A DNA stretch of 59,962 bases from contig JAQUQS010000004.1 of assembly GCA_028715965.1 (NCBI GenBank), positions 1 through 59,962 of the forward strand, written 5' to 3'. Made by a program: the position numbers and the translations under genes. The DNA is from Candidatus Omnitrophota bacterium. Its GTDB lineage: Bacteria > Omnitrophota > Gorgyraeia > Tantalellales > Tantalellaceae. Positions 9,626-19,249 of this stretch are shown piece by piece; position 1 is the stretch's first letter, and every line of letters begins with the position of its first letter. The notes below the pieces were generated by a model. That model was given only the letters and a program-made list of their open reading frames with translations, was not told where the DNA came from and made no database searches.

Positions 9626-10870
9626 ATGGATAAAAGGATAGTGATAACAGGAGCGGGAGTGCTCGCGTCGAACGGGATAGGATTAAGGGCATTTGCCGGA
9701 TCCCTGAAGAATGGAGTATCGGGTATAAAACCCGTTACTCTTTTCGATACTTCGACCACTAAAAGTAAACTGGCCGGGGAGATATCGGATTTTGACCCCG
9801 CTTCAATTCTGGGGAAAAAAGGCCTGCGGAATCTTGATCGTACGACCCTTTTGGCTATGGCGGCTTCAAAACTAGCAATAGACGACGCGGGACTTTCTGA
9901 CCCGATCGGAGAAGATGTAACGGATCAAGTCGGTGTTTCTCTCGGTTCGACGCTTGGCAGTGTATGGTCTATAAGCGAATTTGATAAAGTCGCTCTAAGG
10001 GAAGGGCCAAGGGCGACCAATCCCGCGCTTTTCCCAAATACCGTAATAAATTCACCAGCAAGTCATATATCTATACGGTTTAACATAAAAGGGTTCAATG
10101 CTACCGTATCGACCGGGTTTTGCGCGAGTCTTGACGCTATCTTTTACGCTTTGAACCAGATGGAGCTTTACGGGTATCATACCGTTCTGGCCGGTGGGGT
10201 AGAGGAGCTGTGTGAACAGACTTATAAAGGTTTTCATAAGATCGGTTATCTTGCCGGGTCACGTGAAGGCAAGGAAGAGGTGAACTGCCCATTCGATAAG
10301 CGCCGTAATGGGATAATCCTGGGGGAAGGCGCTGGAATATTCGTACTTGAGGAACTGGAACACGCTCTTGAACGGAAAGCTCGTGTATACGCCGAAATAA
10401 CGGGTTATGGCACATCGTTCGATCCCAAGTCCCGGAACATATGCAGTCCCAAGGCTGAAGGCGCGTCTCGCGCTATCAAGATGGCCCTGGATGACGCCGA
10501 TATTATGCCGGATGACATAGGGCTTATCTTTTCGACGGCTAATTCGACGCTGGATTGCGATGTCATGGAGGCAAGGGCCATACGGAAAGTCTTCGGTGAT
10601 AGAACGGATACCCTCCCCGTAACCAATATTAAACCTCTTGTAGGCGAGACTTTTTCGGCCAGTGGGGCGATGAATATCGCTGCAGCGCTTGTGGGGACAT
10701 CAGAGGGTTTTATACCCGCCATACGATGTGAGGTAGAAAAGGATAAACGATGTAAGTTGGCGTATTTAACAAAAGTTTCGGATATGCCTTCGGGAGATAT
10801 TCTTATTAATGATTTCGGCCCGACGGGAAATAATTCGGCCATAGTGATGCGGGGGATAAATGCTACTTAA
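9626..10870 (+). CDS. Non-catalytic beta-ketoacyl synthase homologue (chain-length-factor-like)
   Basis: KS fold (RIVITGAG, LGEGAG) but TGFCASL in place of TAC, STANST in place of AHGTGT and LVGETF in place of xGH. Confidence 0.8.
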   Translation: MDKRIVITGAGVLASNGIGLRAFAGSLKNGVSGIKPVTLFDTSTTKSKLAGEISDFDPASILGKKGLRNLDRTTLLAMAASKLAIDDAGLSDPIGEDVTDQVGVSLGSTLGSVWSISEFDKVALREGPRATNPALFPNTVINSPASHISIRFNIKGFNATVSTGFCASLDAIFYALNQMELYGYHTVLAGGVEELCEQTYKGFHKIGYLAGSREGKEEVNCPFDKRRNGIILGEGAGIFVLEELEHALERKARVYAEITGYGTSFDPKSRNICSPKAEGASRAIKMALDDADIMPDDIGLIFSTANSTLDCDVMEARAIRKVFGDRTDTLPVTNIKPLVGETFSASGAMNIAAALVGTSEGFIPAIRCEVEKDKRCKLAYLTKVSDMPSGDILINDFGPTGNNSAIVMRGINAT

Positions 10871-11603
10871 AGATAAAGTCGCTATTATAACAGGTGGTTC
10901 GCGTGGCATAGGCGAGGCTATCGTGCGCGCGTTTGCCGCAGAAGGCGCTGCCGTAGCCTTCAATTATTTGAAAAGCCGGGATAAAGCGGACAAAATATGC
11001 AGGGATATAAACGCCGATGGTGGCAATGCTCTTGCGATAAAAGCGGACGTTAAGGACTTCAAGGCGATGAAGGATATGGTCGATGAGACTAAAAAGGTTT
11101 TTGGGCGCCTGGATGTGGTAGTCAATAACGCTGGGATCCTTCGGGATAAGGCTATGATGCTCATGGAAGAAGAAGATTGGCAGGATGTTATATCGACCAA
11201 TCTTTCCGGTACGTTCAATTTAACCCGTGCCGCCATAGTGACTTTTCTTAAGCAGAAGAGCGGGAACGTTATTAATATAACCTCGGTGGCTGGCCTGGCC
11301 GGGATAGCACGGCAGGTCAATTATTCATCAAGCAAGGCCGGACAGATAGGCCTCACAAAGTCGCTTGCGCGTGAGGTCGGGCCTTATAACATAAGGGTGA
11401 ACGCCATAGCTCCGGGATATACCGCGACGGATATGACCGCGTCATTTGATGACACAATGAAAGAAAAATTGATACAGACCATACCGTTGGGGCGGTTTGG
11501 TAGCGTGGAAGACATCGCTAAATTAGCGCTTTTTCTGGCTTCGAACGATTCGGCTTATATAACGGGCCAGGTTTTTTCTGTTGATGGTGGGTTATATATG
11601 TAA
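10860..11603 (+). CDS. fabG: 3-oxoacyl-ACP reductase
   Basis: TGGSRGIG, NNAG, YSSSK, NAIAPG SDR motifs; overlaps the upstream KS gene by 11 nt. Confidence 0.93.
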   Translation: MLLKDKVAIITGGSRGIGEAIVRAFAAEGAAVAFNYLKSRDKADKICRDINADGGNALAIKADVKDFKAMKDMVDETKKVFGRLDVVVNNAGILRDKAMMLMEEEDWQDVISTNLSGTFNLTRAAIVTFLKQKSGNVINITSVAGLAGIARQVNYSSSKAGQIGLTKSLAREVGPYNIRVNAIAPGYTATDMTASFDDTMKEKLIQTIPLGRFGSVEDIAKLALFLASNDSAYITGQVFSVDGGLYM

Positions 11604-11615
11604 AAAGGAGGAGGG

Positions 11616-11873
11616 ATGCGCTGCATGGTGGACGATAACATTCTCGCGGAAGATCTGAAAAAAATTATATCCGAAGTGATCGAGGCAGATCCTGAAGAAG
11701 TAACGTTAACCGCTAAATTTGTCGAGGATCTGGGCATGGACTCAATGATGGCATTGGAGATACTCGCGGCCATCGAAAAGAAATATGGTATCCAGATACC
11801 TGAAAGTAATTTAGCCAACTTGACCGATCTTCAGGAAGCTATCAAGGTGACAAAAGAATATTTAATTGATTGA
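11616..11873 (+). CDS. Acyl carrier protein
   Basis: DLGMDSM phosphopantetheine site, acidic, 85 aa; RBS GGAGGAGGG. Confidence 0.95.
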   Translation: MRCMVDDNILAEDLKKIISEVIEADPEEVTLTAKFVEDLGMDSMMALEILAAIEKKYGIQIPESNLANLTDLQEAIKVTKEYLID

Positions 11874-13089
11874 GAGCAGGATGAAAAGGCGTGTAGTAAT
11901 AACAGGTCTTGGTATAGTATCGTCGATCGGTATTGGAAAGGATACTTTCTGGAAAAATCTCGTTTCAGGAAGATCTGGTATTACTGATGTCGACAGGTTT
12001 GATGTGTCCAATTTTTCCATAAAAAAAGCCGGGGAGATCAAAGGCTTCAAACCGGATGATTTTATGCCATCAGGCTCAGTTAAAAAAATAGGCAGAGGGT
12101 CTCAGCTAGCCATTGCGGCCACATCGCTGGTTTTTAAAGACGCAGGATTGTCCCCAAATATATTTCGCGAAAAGCGCTCTGGGCTAGTTGTCGGGACAAC
12201 AATGGGTGAGTCGCCTTCGATCGAAATGATCGACAGGTTCTGGACATCCGGGGGAGAAGAAAATGTGTATATGTCCAATGTCGCGAATTTTCCGGTAAAC
12301 AATCTTTCAAACAACATCGGGTTCTCCTTTTCTGTGGCCGGATTGAATTTGGTTGTTCCTACAGCGTGTGCTGCTGGGAATTATTCAATAGGATTCGCGG
12401 CAGATCTGATATCGAGAAATAAATGCGATTTGCTAATAGCTGGTGGTGCCGATCCACTTTCGCGGTTGGCGTTTACGGGTTTTAATAGGTTGTTCGCAAT
12501 GGCGCCGGAAAAGTGCCAACCTTTTGATAAGAACCGGAAAGGTATGATGTTGGGGGAAGGTGCGACAGTTCTTTTAATAGAAGCTCTTGAAAGCGCGAAA
12601 AAACGTAAAGCGCATATTTACGCGGAAATATTGGGATATGGCCTAAGCTGCGACGCGTATAACATGACAATTCCCAATGTGGATGGTATAGAGAAGGTTA
12701 TGAGAAAAGCTTTAATTAACGCAGGGATCGGTCCGGGAGATGTTGACTATATTTCGGCCCATGGAACCGGGACTCCCGCTAATGATAATGCTGAATGCGA
12801 GGCGATACATCGGGTGTTCGGAGCCCATTCCAAAGATCTGGCTGTAAGTTCGATAAAATCCATGTTAGGGCACACCATGGGTACGGCAAGTGCTATTGAA
12901 GCGGCTGCTTGTTGTATGGCTCTGGAGACGGCTATTTTACCTCCAACTATAAATGTAGATGAACAAGACGAGGACTGCGATATTTTTTGTATTCCGAATA
13001 AAGCTGTAAAAAAACAAATTAGGGTAGCCTTGAATAATTCTTTTGCTTTTGGCGGGAATAACGCATGTTTGGTGTTAGGAGTTGTATGA
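11866..13089 (+). CDS. fabF: Beta-ketoacyl-ACP synthase II-like (catalytic Cys-His-His intact)
   Basis: TACAAGN, SAHGTGT, KSMLGH, NSFAFGGNN; start may be ATG at 11881. Confidence 0.9.
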   Translation: MIESRMKRRVVITGLGIVSSIGIGKDTFWKNLVSGRSGITDVDRFDVSNFSIKKAGEIKGFKPDDFMPSGSVKKIGRGSQLAIAATSLVFKDAGLSPNIFREKRSGLVVGTTMGESPSIEMIDRFWTSGGEENVYMSNVANFPVNNLSNNIGFSFSVAGLNLVVPTACAAGNYSIGFAADLISRNKCDLLIAGGADPLSRLAFTGFNRLFAMAPEKCQPFDKNRKGMMLGEGATVLLIEALESAKKRKAHIYAEILGYGLSCDAYNMTIPNVDGIEKVMRKALINAGIGPGDVDYISAHGTGTPANDNAECEAIHRVFGAHSKDLAVSSIKSMLGHTMGTASAIEAAACCMALETAILPPTINVDEQDEDCDIFCIPNKAVKKQIRVALNNSFAFGGNNACLVLGVV

Positions 13090-14504
13090 ATGGGGCGTAT
13101 GATGTGATAGTAGTAGGTGCTGGGATAAGTGGTTTAATTTGTGGAGCGAAATTGTCAAAGGAAGGCTTCAGTGTTCTTGTTCTGGAAAAAAATTCTTACG
13201 CTGGAGGATGCATTTGTGGTGTGCGGAAAAAAGACTTCTATTTTGATTATGGAGCACATCTTTTTGGGAGTTTGAGTGCACACGGTATTTTTAAATACTA
13301 TTTGGACAGTTTGAATGTTAAAGACTTAGATTTTATTCGCATATCGCCAAGTGATAGATATTTTTTTTCAGATGAAAAAGTAGAAATACCTGAAGATTTA
13401 GATGAGTACGTGGAAATGTTAAAAACTAAATTCCCAACAAGTTCTAGGCGAATTAATAGTTTTTTTAGGGAAGTTATACAAATTGCACGAAGCTATTCAT
13501 CTGAAAAAAAATTAAGTAGATTTTACGATTTGAAGTTTATAGACTTGGTCAGAAAACATTTCTCAGACATAAAGTTGATAGGAGTGTTAATGGCTAGCTT
13601 TTCATATCTAGGCATCGCTCCAGGACAACTTGGTGCCACTTCAATGTCTCTCATGATGATTAGTTATCTTCGGGATGGAACATTTTATCCAAAGGGGGGG
13701 ACGCAAGCAATACCAGATGCATTTGTTCGCGGCATTAAGAATACAGGAGGAGAAATTAAGCTTTGTGAGGAAGTGCGGAAAATTTGTATTGTTCGAGATA
13801 ACGTTAAATTAATTACAACATCCAAAAAAAATCAGTATAGTTCAAAAGCTGTAGTAATTGCTTCTGACGTGAGGAGAGCATTTTCGAATATTATAGATTG
13901 CTCCAAACTTCCGGCAGGATACTTGTCTTTCTTGAAAAAGTTAAAGGTTGGGCCATCATTTTTTACTATGTATCTGGGGCTAAATAAAATTAATGATTTA
14001 AGCGAAAAATGTGGGTGGTATCATTCCTCCTATAACTTAGAGGCAAATGACGAATCACCTTTTTATGCGTTCTCGCCTAGCTGTATAGATAACAGCTTGG
14101 TTGCTTCCGATAAAAGCGTACTTCAACTTGCCATGCCATTTTATGAGGAAAATACATCTGAAATAGATTGGGAGAAACGTAAATATATGTTTCAGATTTG
14201 GATATGGAAGAAAATATGTGAAGTCATGCCACATTTGAGAGAACAAGTGCTATACGAAGAGGTCTCGAGTCCTAGTACAATTGAAAAATTTACTTTTAAC
14301 ACAAATGGTTCCATGTGTGGATGGGAGATGAGCCCGCAGTGTATGCATCTGAAAAGGTTGTATAATAAAACACCAATTGAGGGTGTATATTTGGCTGGTC
14401 ATTGGACTAATCCTGGTGGAGGTGTTGCCCCATCGGCTACTTCGGGTTGGATTGCTGCTGAACAAGTTAGAGAATACATTTCATTATTAATGCAAACAAG
14501 GTAA
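13086..14504 (+). CDS. FAD-dependent oxidoreductase, phytoene dehydrogenase/CrtISO/retinol-saturase superfamily
   Basis: VVGAGISG...LEKNSYAGG dinucleotide motif, YPKGGTQ, C-terminal AGHWTNPGGG; ATGA overlap with the fabF stop. Confidence 0.88.
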   Translation: MNGAYDVIVVGAGISGLICGAKLSKEGFSVLVLEKNSYAGGCICGVRKKDFYFDYGAHLFGSLSAHGIFKYYLDSLNVKDLDFIRISPSDRYFFSDEKVEIPEDLDEYVEMLKTKFPTSSRRINSFFREVIQIARSYSSEKKLSRFYDLKFIDLVRKHFSDIKLIGVLMASFSYLGIAPGQLGATSMSLMMISYLRDGTFYPKGGTQAIPDAFVRGIKNTGGEIKLCEEVRKICIVRDNVKLITTSKKNQYSSKAVVIASDVRRAFSNIIDCSKLPAGYLSFLKKLKVGPSFFTMYLGLNKINDLSEKCGWYHSSYNLEANDESPFYAFSPSCIDNSLVASDKSVLQLAMPFYEENTSEIDWEKRKYMFQIWIWKKICEVMPHLREQVLYEEVSSPSTIEKFTFNTNGSMCGWEMSPQCMHLKRLYNKTPIEGVYLAGHWTNPGGGVAPSATSGWIAAEQVREYISLLMQTR

Positions 14505-14512
14505 GGTGATAA

Positions 14513-15826
14513 ATGTATTTAGATATAGAGAAGAGTGAGCGAGACCGAATTGTAATTACTGGAGTAGGACCACTATGTTCTTTGGGCTCTGGGACTAAGC
14601 AAGTATGGGAATCCATAGATAAGGGAAAGCAAAATTTGGTTAAGCATAAACACACAATAGATGACATGGAATTAGGACAGTTTTATCTGCATAAAATTGA
14701 AAACTTTAATCTTGATGATTATGCTTTGCCGAAGGGAAATTATGTTTATGTAAATAGCTTGCGAGGTTTTAGAGACCCTGATGTGGATCTGCATTATTTT
14801 TTAGCCGCAGTTAAATTAGCATTAGAAGACAGTGGCTATGACTATGATTTAAAAGAAAACAAAGTCGGGCTTGTTCTTGCGCACGAGAATCCTGGGATGG
14901 AATCTTTGTTTGAAGATATAACGAAAAGTGCATACGAGATTTTCAAAAAATCTAAACAAAACGACAAATTAGATTTTATTCACGAATTATATGACGATTG
15001 TGAAGAGTCGGGATATAGTCTTCAGACGTTTACGTATTTGTACTCAGTTGCAAAAGTATTTGATTTGCACGGGTACTCTCTGTTTATAAATAATGCGTGT
15101 GCTTCAGGGCTCTTTGCAATCGAAGCGGCTGCCCGTAACATTAGAAGTGGCTTGAACACGGCAACGGTTGTTGCGGCGATAGATTCGCCCCTAAAAATTT
15201 ATAAATATATGTGGTTTAAAAAGCTAGGTTTATATAACGATGAAGATGGTAAAATGAAGCCATTTTCAAAAAAGGCAAATGGAGTTGTTTTTGGTGATGG
15301 AGGCGCTGCGCTGATATTGGAAACGTTAGAAAGTGCAAAAAAGCGAGGTGCTACAATTTATGCAGAGTATTTAGGTGGTGGGTTTTGCTTAGAGGGGTGG
15401 AAAATCACAGTACCAGATATCACAAGTAATTATTATGAAAAAGCCTTTGAGGAAGCGATTTACCGTTCTGGCATCAAAGCAAATAGCATTGATTTAGTTA
15501 ATCCACATGGAGTTGGGTTAAAAGTTACAGATTTATACGAAACCAGAACAATACAACGTGTACTTTCACAAAGAAGTGCTATGGTAAGTGCTTTTAAGCC
15601 ATTAGTTGGCCATAATTTGGGAGGAAGTGCTTTGTTGGAAACAGTGATAGGGCTTTTAGCGATGCAACATCAAACTGTACCGGCAACGTTGAATTGCGAG
15701 GATGTCATTGATGGGTGCGATCTGAATATTATTAAAAACAATAAAAAGGCTAAAATCGAAACGTTCGCAAAAATGGCCATAGGTTTTGCTGGATACAATG
15801 CAGTTGGTATATTCAGAAAGGTATAA
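14513..15826 (+). CDS. Divergent beta-ketoacyl synthase (catalytic triad retained)
   Basis: NNACASG, NPHG, KPLVGH, FGDGGAA; atypical N-terminal half (AHENPG). Confidence 0.85.
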   Translation: MYLDIEKSERDRIVITGVGPLCSLGSGTKQVWESIDKGKQNLVKHKHTIDDMELGQFYLHKIENFNLDDYALPKGNYVYVNSLRGFRDPDVDLHYFLAAVKLALEDSGYDYDLKENKVGLVLAHENPGMESLFEDITKSAYEIFKKSKQNDKLDFIHELYDDCEESGYSLQTFTYLYSVAKVFDLHGYSLFINNACASGLFAIEAAARNIRSGLNTATVVAAIDSPLKIYKYMWFKKLGLYNDEDGKMKPFSKKANGVVFGDGGAALILETLESAKKRGATIYAEYLGGGFCLEGWKITVPDITSNYYEKAFEEAIYRSGIKANSIDLVNPHGVGLKVTDLYETRTIQRVLSQRSAMVSAFKPLVGHNLGGSALLETVIGLLAMQHQTVPATLNCEDVIDGCDLNIIKNNKKAKIETFAKMAIGFAGYNAVGIFRKV

Positions 15827-15841
15827 TTAGCTGATTTGCAG

Positions 15842-16408
15842 ATGAAAAATGTAGTTATTTTGAACACATTGGATAATAACGCAAATAGTATGCATATGAC
15901 TATTGTTGACAAACTCAACAAAGTTCTTTCGCTGGAAAAATGCGATGTGCAGCATTACAAGATTCAGGATTTACATATAATGTCATGTGTAGGATGTTTT
16001 GGGTGCTGGGTTAAAACGCCTGGAATGTGTAGCATAGTTGATGATTCAAATGATATTATCAATGCTATCAAAAAGACGAATTATCTTGTCCTGCTCTCTA
16101 CTATAATGTTTGGTAGCTATTCGTCTGACATGAAAAAGATTATTGATAGATTAGCGCCACTTGCAGAACCGTTTTTTAGGCAAATAGATGGTATAACACA
16201 ACATGTGCCGAGAATTAATAGAGAAGTAAGGATTATAGCAATAGGTGTTAATGATACTGGACAGGATAAATATGGTGATGTATTTTCCTTGCTTGTTGAA
16301 AAAAATGCCCAAAATTTTTTTAATTCACGACATATTTGTCTTGTTTATAAAAGTTCGGTGGGGTGTAAAGGACTAGGGGATAAAATCTTATCTTTTATGC
16401 GGGGTTGA
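15842..16408 (+). CDS. Flavodoxin-fold / iron-sulfur flavoprotein-like protein
   Basis: SCVGCFGCWVKTPGMC cysteine motif and FGSYSSDMKKIIDR. Confidence 0.8.
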   Translation: MKNVVILNTLDNNANSMHMTIVDKLNKVLSLEKCDVQHYKIQDLHIMSCVGCFGCWVKTPGMCSIVDDSNDIINAIKKTNYLVLLSTIMFGSYSSDMKKIIDRLAPLAEPFFRQIDGITQHVPRINREVRIIAIGVNDTGQDKYGDVFSLLVEKNAQNFFNSRHICLVYKSSVGCKGLGDKILSFMRG

Positions 16409-16414
16409 GTTAAT

Positions 16415-17062
16415 ATGAGTACTCAAATTTTAATATTAATTGGTAGCCCAAAGAAGAAGGATAGTACATCAGAATCAATTGCTACTAAATTAAAATTAAT
16501 TTTGGGAGAGCAAGGAGCATGTGTACATGTCATGTCATTGTTTTTAAGTCTAAATGATAGCGAGAATATTGATAAATTTTTCAAAAAAATAAATTCAGTA
16601 GATATCATTACATTTATATCGCCGGTATATGTTGATTCTCCGCCTTTTATGGTTTTAAAATTTCTTGAAATTATTAGTGAAAAAAGCAAAACTCTTAATA
16701 ATGAAAAATGCAAAAAAATTTTTGCTATTTCACTCTGTGGCTATCCCGAAGCTGTTCACAACGAGCTTTCTTTAATGATTTATAAAAACTTTGCGGATTG
16801 TTGTGGTTTTTTGTGGGGAGGAGGAATGTCGATAAGCATGGCACCATTTATTAGGCAGGATCATATAAGGTATATTGGTGTTAAAAATCAAAATTTACTG
16901 CATTCGTATGAGATGTTGTGCAGGAAGATGTTAAGTGTGGAGGATGAAATTGATGATGAATGCATAGAAGTTGCTCCAATATTACCCAAGTGGCTATATT
17001 TGTCAATCGCCCACATAGCATGGTATTGCTCTTATGTTAGAAATGTTCTTAAAAGAGGCTAA
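16415..17062 (+). CDS. Flavodoxin-fold NAD(P)H-dependent oxidoreductase
   Basis: IGSPKKKDSTS FMN loop, SPVYVDSPP, CGYPE. Confidence 0.78.
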   Translation: MSTQILILIGSPKKKDSTSESIATKLKLILGEQGACVHVMSLFLSLNDSENIDKFFKKINSVDIITFISPVYVDSPPFMVLKFLEIISEKSKTLNNEKCKKIFAISLCGYPEAVHNELSLMIYKNFADCCGFLWGGGMSISMAPFIRQDHIRYIGVKNQNLLHSYEMLCRKMLSVEDEIDDECIEVAPILPKWLYLSIAHIAWYCSYVRNVLKRG

Positions 17063-17071
17063 CAGTAAAAC

Positions 17072-19228
17072 ATGGCTGGCTTAATATTCACAATATCAAA
17101 TTGTATAGTTTGGGTCACATGTATTATTCTTATCATAATACTCTTTGTATATGGTAAGAAAAAAGTTCACTACATGTGGGCATATTTTAATTTTGTGGGT
17201 GGCCTATGGGGATTAGGTGGTTTTTTAGTTGGTTTGTCCAAAGCCCCAACTGTTGCTATGATATCGTGGAAAATCGCATTGATAGGGTCCATATTTTCTC
17301 CAATTGTGTTCTATCATATGATAACTGTGTTAGGCGATTTGAATCGCAAGAAAATATTGTATATTTTTTACGCTTTTGGTATGTTTTTCTACCTTTTAAC
17401 ACTATTTGACTTTCTTGATTTATCAATAACACGGATTCATGATTCTTTGTTTTATGTAAAAGCGACAAATTACAAATGGGGACTTTTGGTGTCAATCTGG
17501 GGAATGATAGTCGCTTGTGCAATTGTAGAGCTATTTGTGTTGCTTAAGCAATCTACAGGAGCAAAGCGTACCCAGTATCAATTTATTTTTATAGGTTTTG
17601 TGGCAGCATTTTCTGGGGCAATATTAGATACCTTGCCCATGTGGGGATTAAACTTCCTGCCAGCGGCAAATTTGTTGATTTCGTTTTATTGTGTACTAGT
17701 GACGTATGCTATTTTGAGGCATAATTTGCTCGACATTGAAGTTATTATCAAAAAAACACTCGTATTTGCGGGTCTTTTCATTTTTGCGTATACGGTATTT
17801 GCGACTTTTGCATATATAGGTACAACATTTTTGGAAAACGTTGTTAATAATAGGTGGATAGCTATGATGCCATCAGTATTTATCGTTGTAATGTTATTGC
17901 GGCCATTAGAAAGCTTTCTCCGAAATATAACTGACAAATACCTATTTCAAAAACAGTATGACTCAAAACAGTTATTAAAGCTGTTCGCGAATGAGGTGTT
18001 ATCGGTTCTTGATATTAACCGTCTAGTGAATTTGACTGTGAATAGGCTTGTCGATTTTATGAAATTGGAAAATGCTTATATAATGTTGTTGGATGAGAAT
18101 AGGGAGATGTTTCGCGTTGTGGCATTCAGCGGAATGAGTCCTTCAAAATGGCATTTGGACGCCCAAAAAGAGTTTTTTGCCTATTTGCAGGTTACAGGAA
18201 AATATCTCCTTTTGGATGACCCTGCCAGAAAAAATATATTAAACCCATCGATAGTGTCTGTCATGGCGGATGAAAGATCAGTTTTAGCTATTCCTCTCTT
18301 TCATCGAAATGAAATGGTAGGGGTCTTGTTTCTCGGGAAGAAAAAATCGGATGAGATCTTTAACCAGGAAGATATTGATATCCTCTTGCCGTTGTCCCGC
18401 ACATTATCGATAGCCATAACGAACGCGCAGCTTTTTGAAAAGCTGTCTCAGGCACAGGCGCAGGCCGCCCAGCGGGAAAAGATGGCGGTTATTGGTACGC
18501 TCTCGGCCGGGATAAACCATGAGATATGTAATCCCCTGGGGATAGCGCGGGGGCAGTGCGAAATGTTCCTTCTCAACATGCAGGACGGTTTGTACGCCAC
18601 CAAATCTACGGGTGAACTTTTGGAGCAGGCCAAAGTGATAATGGAAAAGGTCATAAAAGAGACAGACAGGGCGACCGTTATAACGAAGAAATTGTCTTCA
18701 TTCGCGAAGCCGGCCAAAGGGGAAATAACCAATGATGTCAACGCCGAGAAAGAGATAGATGAAGTAATGACGCTCGTGGAACATGATCTCAAGTTGGATA
18801 ATATAGTCATAACCAAGAGGGTGGAGGGCGATATCCCGGCGATATCCGCCGACAGGAAACAGCTCCAGGAGATACTTTTTAATATCGTGCGTAACGCGGC
18901 GCAGGCCATGGGACAGCGTGGGACCATTGAGATATCGGTTTACGCGCGGTTCGGGGAAGTCTACATCGACATTACGGATACAGGTGAGGGGATAAGCAAA
19001 CAGGACCAGGCGCGCATTTTCGATCCATTCTTCACGACAAAAGAACCGGGTAAAGGTACGGGATTGGGCCTTTTCATAGTGAAGCAGATCGTGGAAAGGA
19101 ATAACGGCCGGATCTTTGTTAAAAGCGAATCCGGCAGTGGGACCACGTTCACGCTTGTTTTTAAGGCTTTTGATAGCAGTGATGTGAATGAACATGACAA
19201 TATAGGCGTGAGAGAAAATAACGCGTAA
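17072..19228 (+). CDS. Sensor histidine kinase HK0: multi-TM (HisKA_7TM-like) sensor, GAF, HisKA, HATPase
   Basis: About 7+ hydrophobic helices, GAF (IPLFHRNEMVGVLFLGKK), H-box INHEICNPL, N box NAAQA, DTGEG, FFTTK, GTGLGL. Confidence 0.93.
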   Translation: MAGLIFTISNCIVWVTCIILIIILFVYGKKKVHYMWAYFNFVGGLWGLGGFLVGLSKAPTVAMISWKIALIGSIFSPIVFYHMITVLGDLNRKKILYIFYAFGMFFYLLTLFDFLDLSITRIHDSLFYVKATNYKWGLLVSIWGMIVACAIVELFVLLKQSTGAKRTQYQFIFIGFVAAFSGAILDTLPMWGLNFLPAANLLISFYCVLVTYAILRHNLLDIEVIIKKTLVFAGLFIFAYTVFATFAYIGTTFLENVVNNRWIAMMPSVFIVVMLLRPLESFLRNITDKYLFQKQYDSKQLLKLFANEVLSVLDINRLVNLTVNRLVDFMKLENAYIMLLDENREMFRVVAFSGMSPSKWHLDAQKEFFAYLQVTGKYLLLDDPARKNILNPSIVSVMADERSVLAIPLFHRNEMVGVLFLGKKKSDEIFNQEDIDILLPLSRTLSIAITNAQLFEKLSQAQAQAAQREKMAVIGTLSAGINHEICNPLGIARGQCEMFLLNMQDGLYATKSTGELLEQAKVIMEKVIKETDRATVITKKLSSFAKPAKGEITNDVNAEKEIDEVMTLVEHDLKLDNIVITKRVEGDIPAISADRKQLQEILFNIVRNAAQAMGQRGTIEISVYARFGEVYIDITDTGEGISKQDQARIFDPFFTTKEPGKGTGLGLFIVKQIVERNNGRIFVKSESGSGTTFTLVFKAFDSSDVNEHDNIGVRENNA

Positions 19229-19249
19229 ATATCGGGGTATTTCATTAAT

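Noticed and set aside
9626-17062. Firm ladderane, aryl polyene or carotenoid call
   Set aside because: It lacks radical SAM/B12 enzymes, APE dehydratases/acyltransferases/ligase and phytoene synthase; the product cannot be named from sequence
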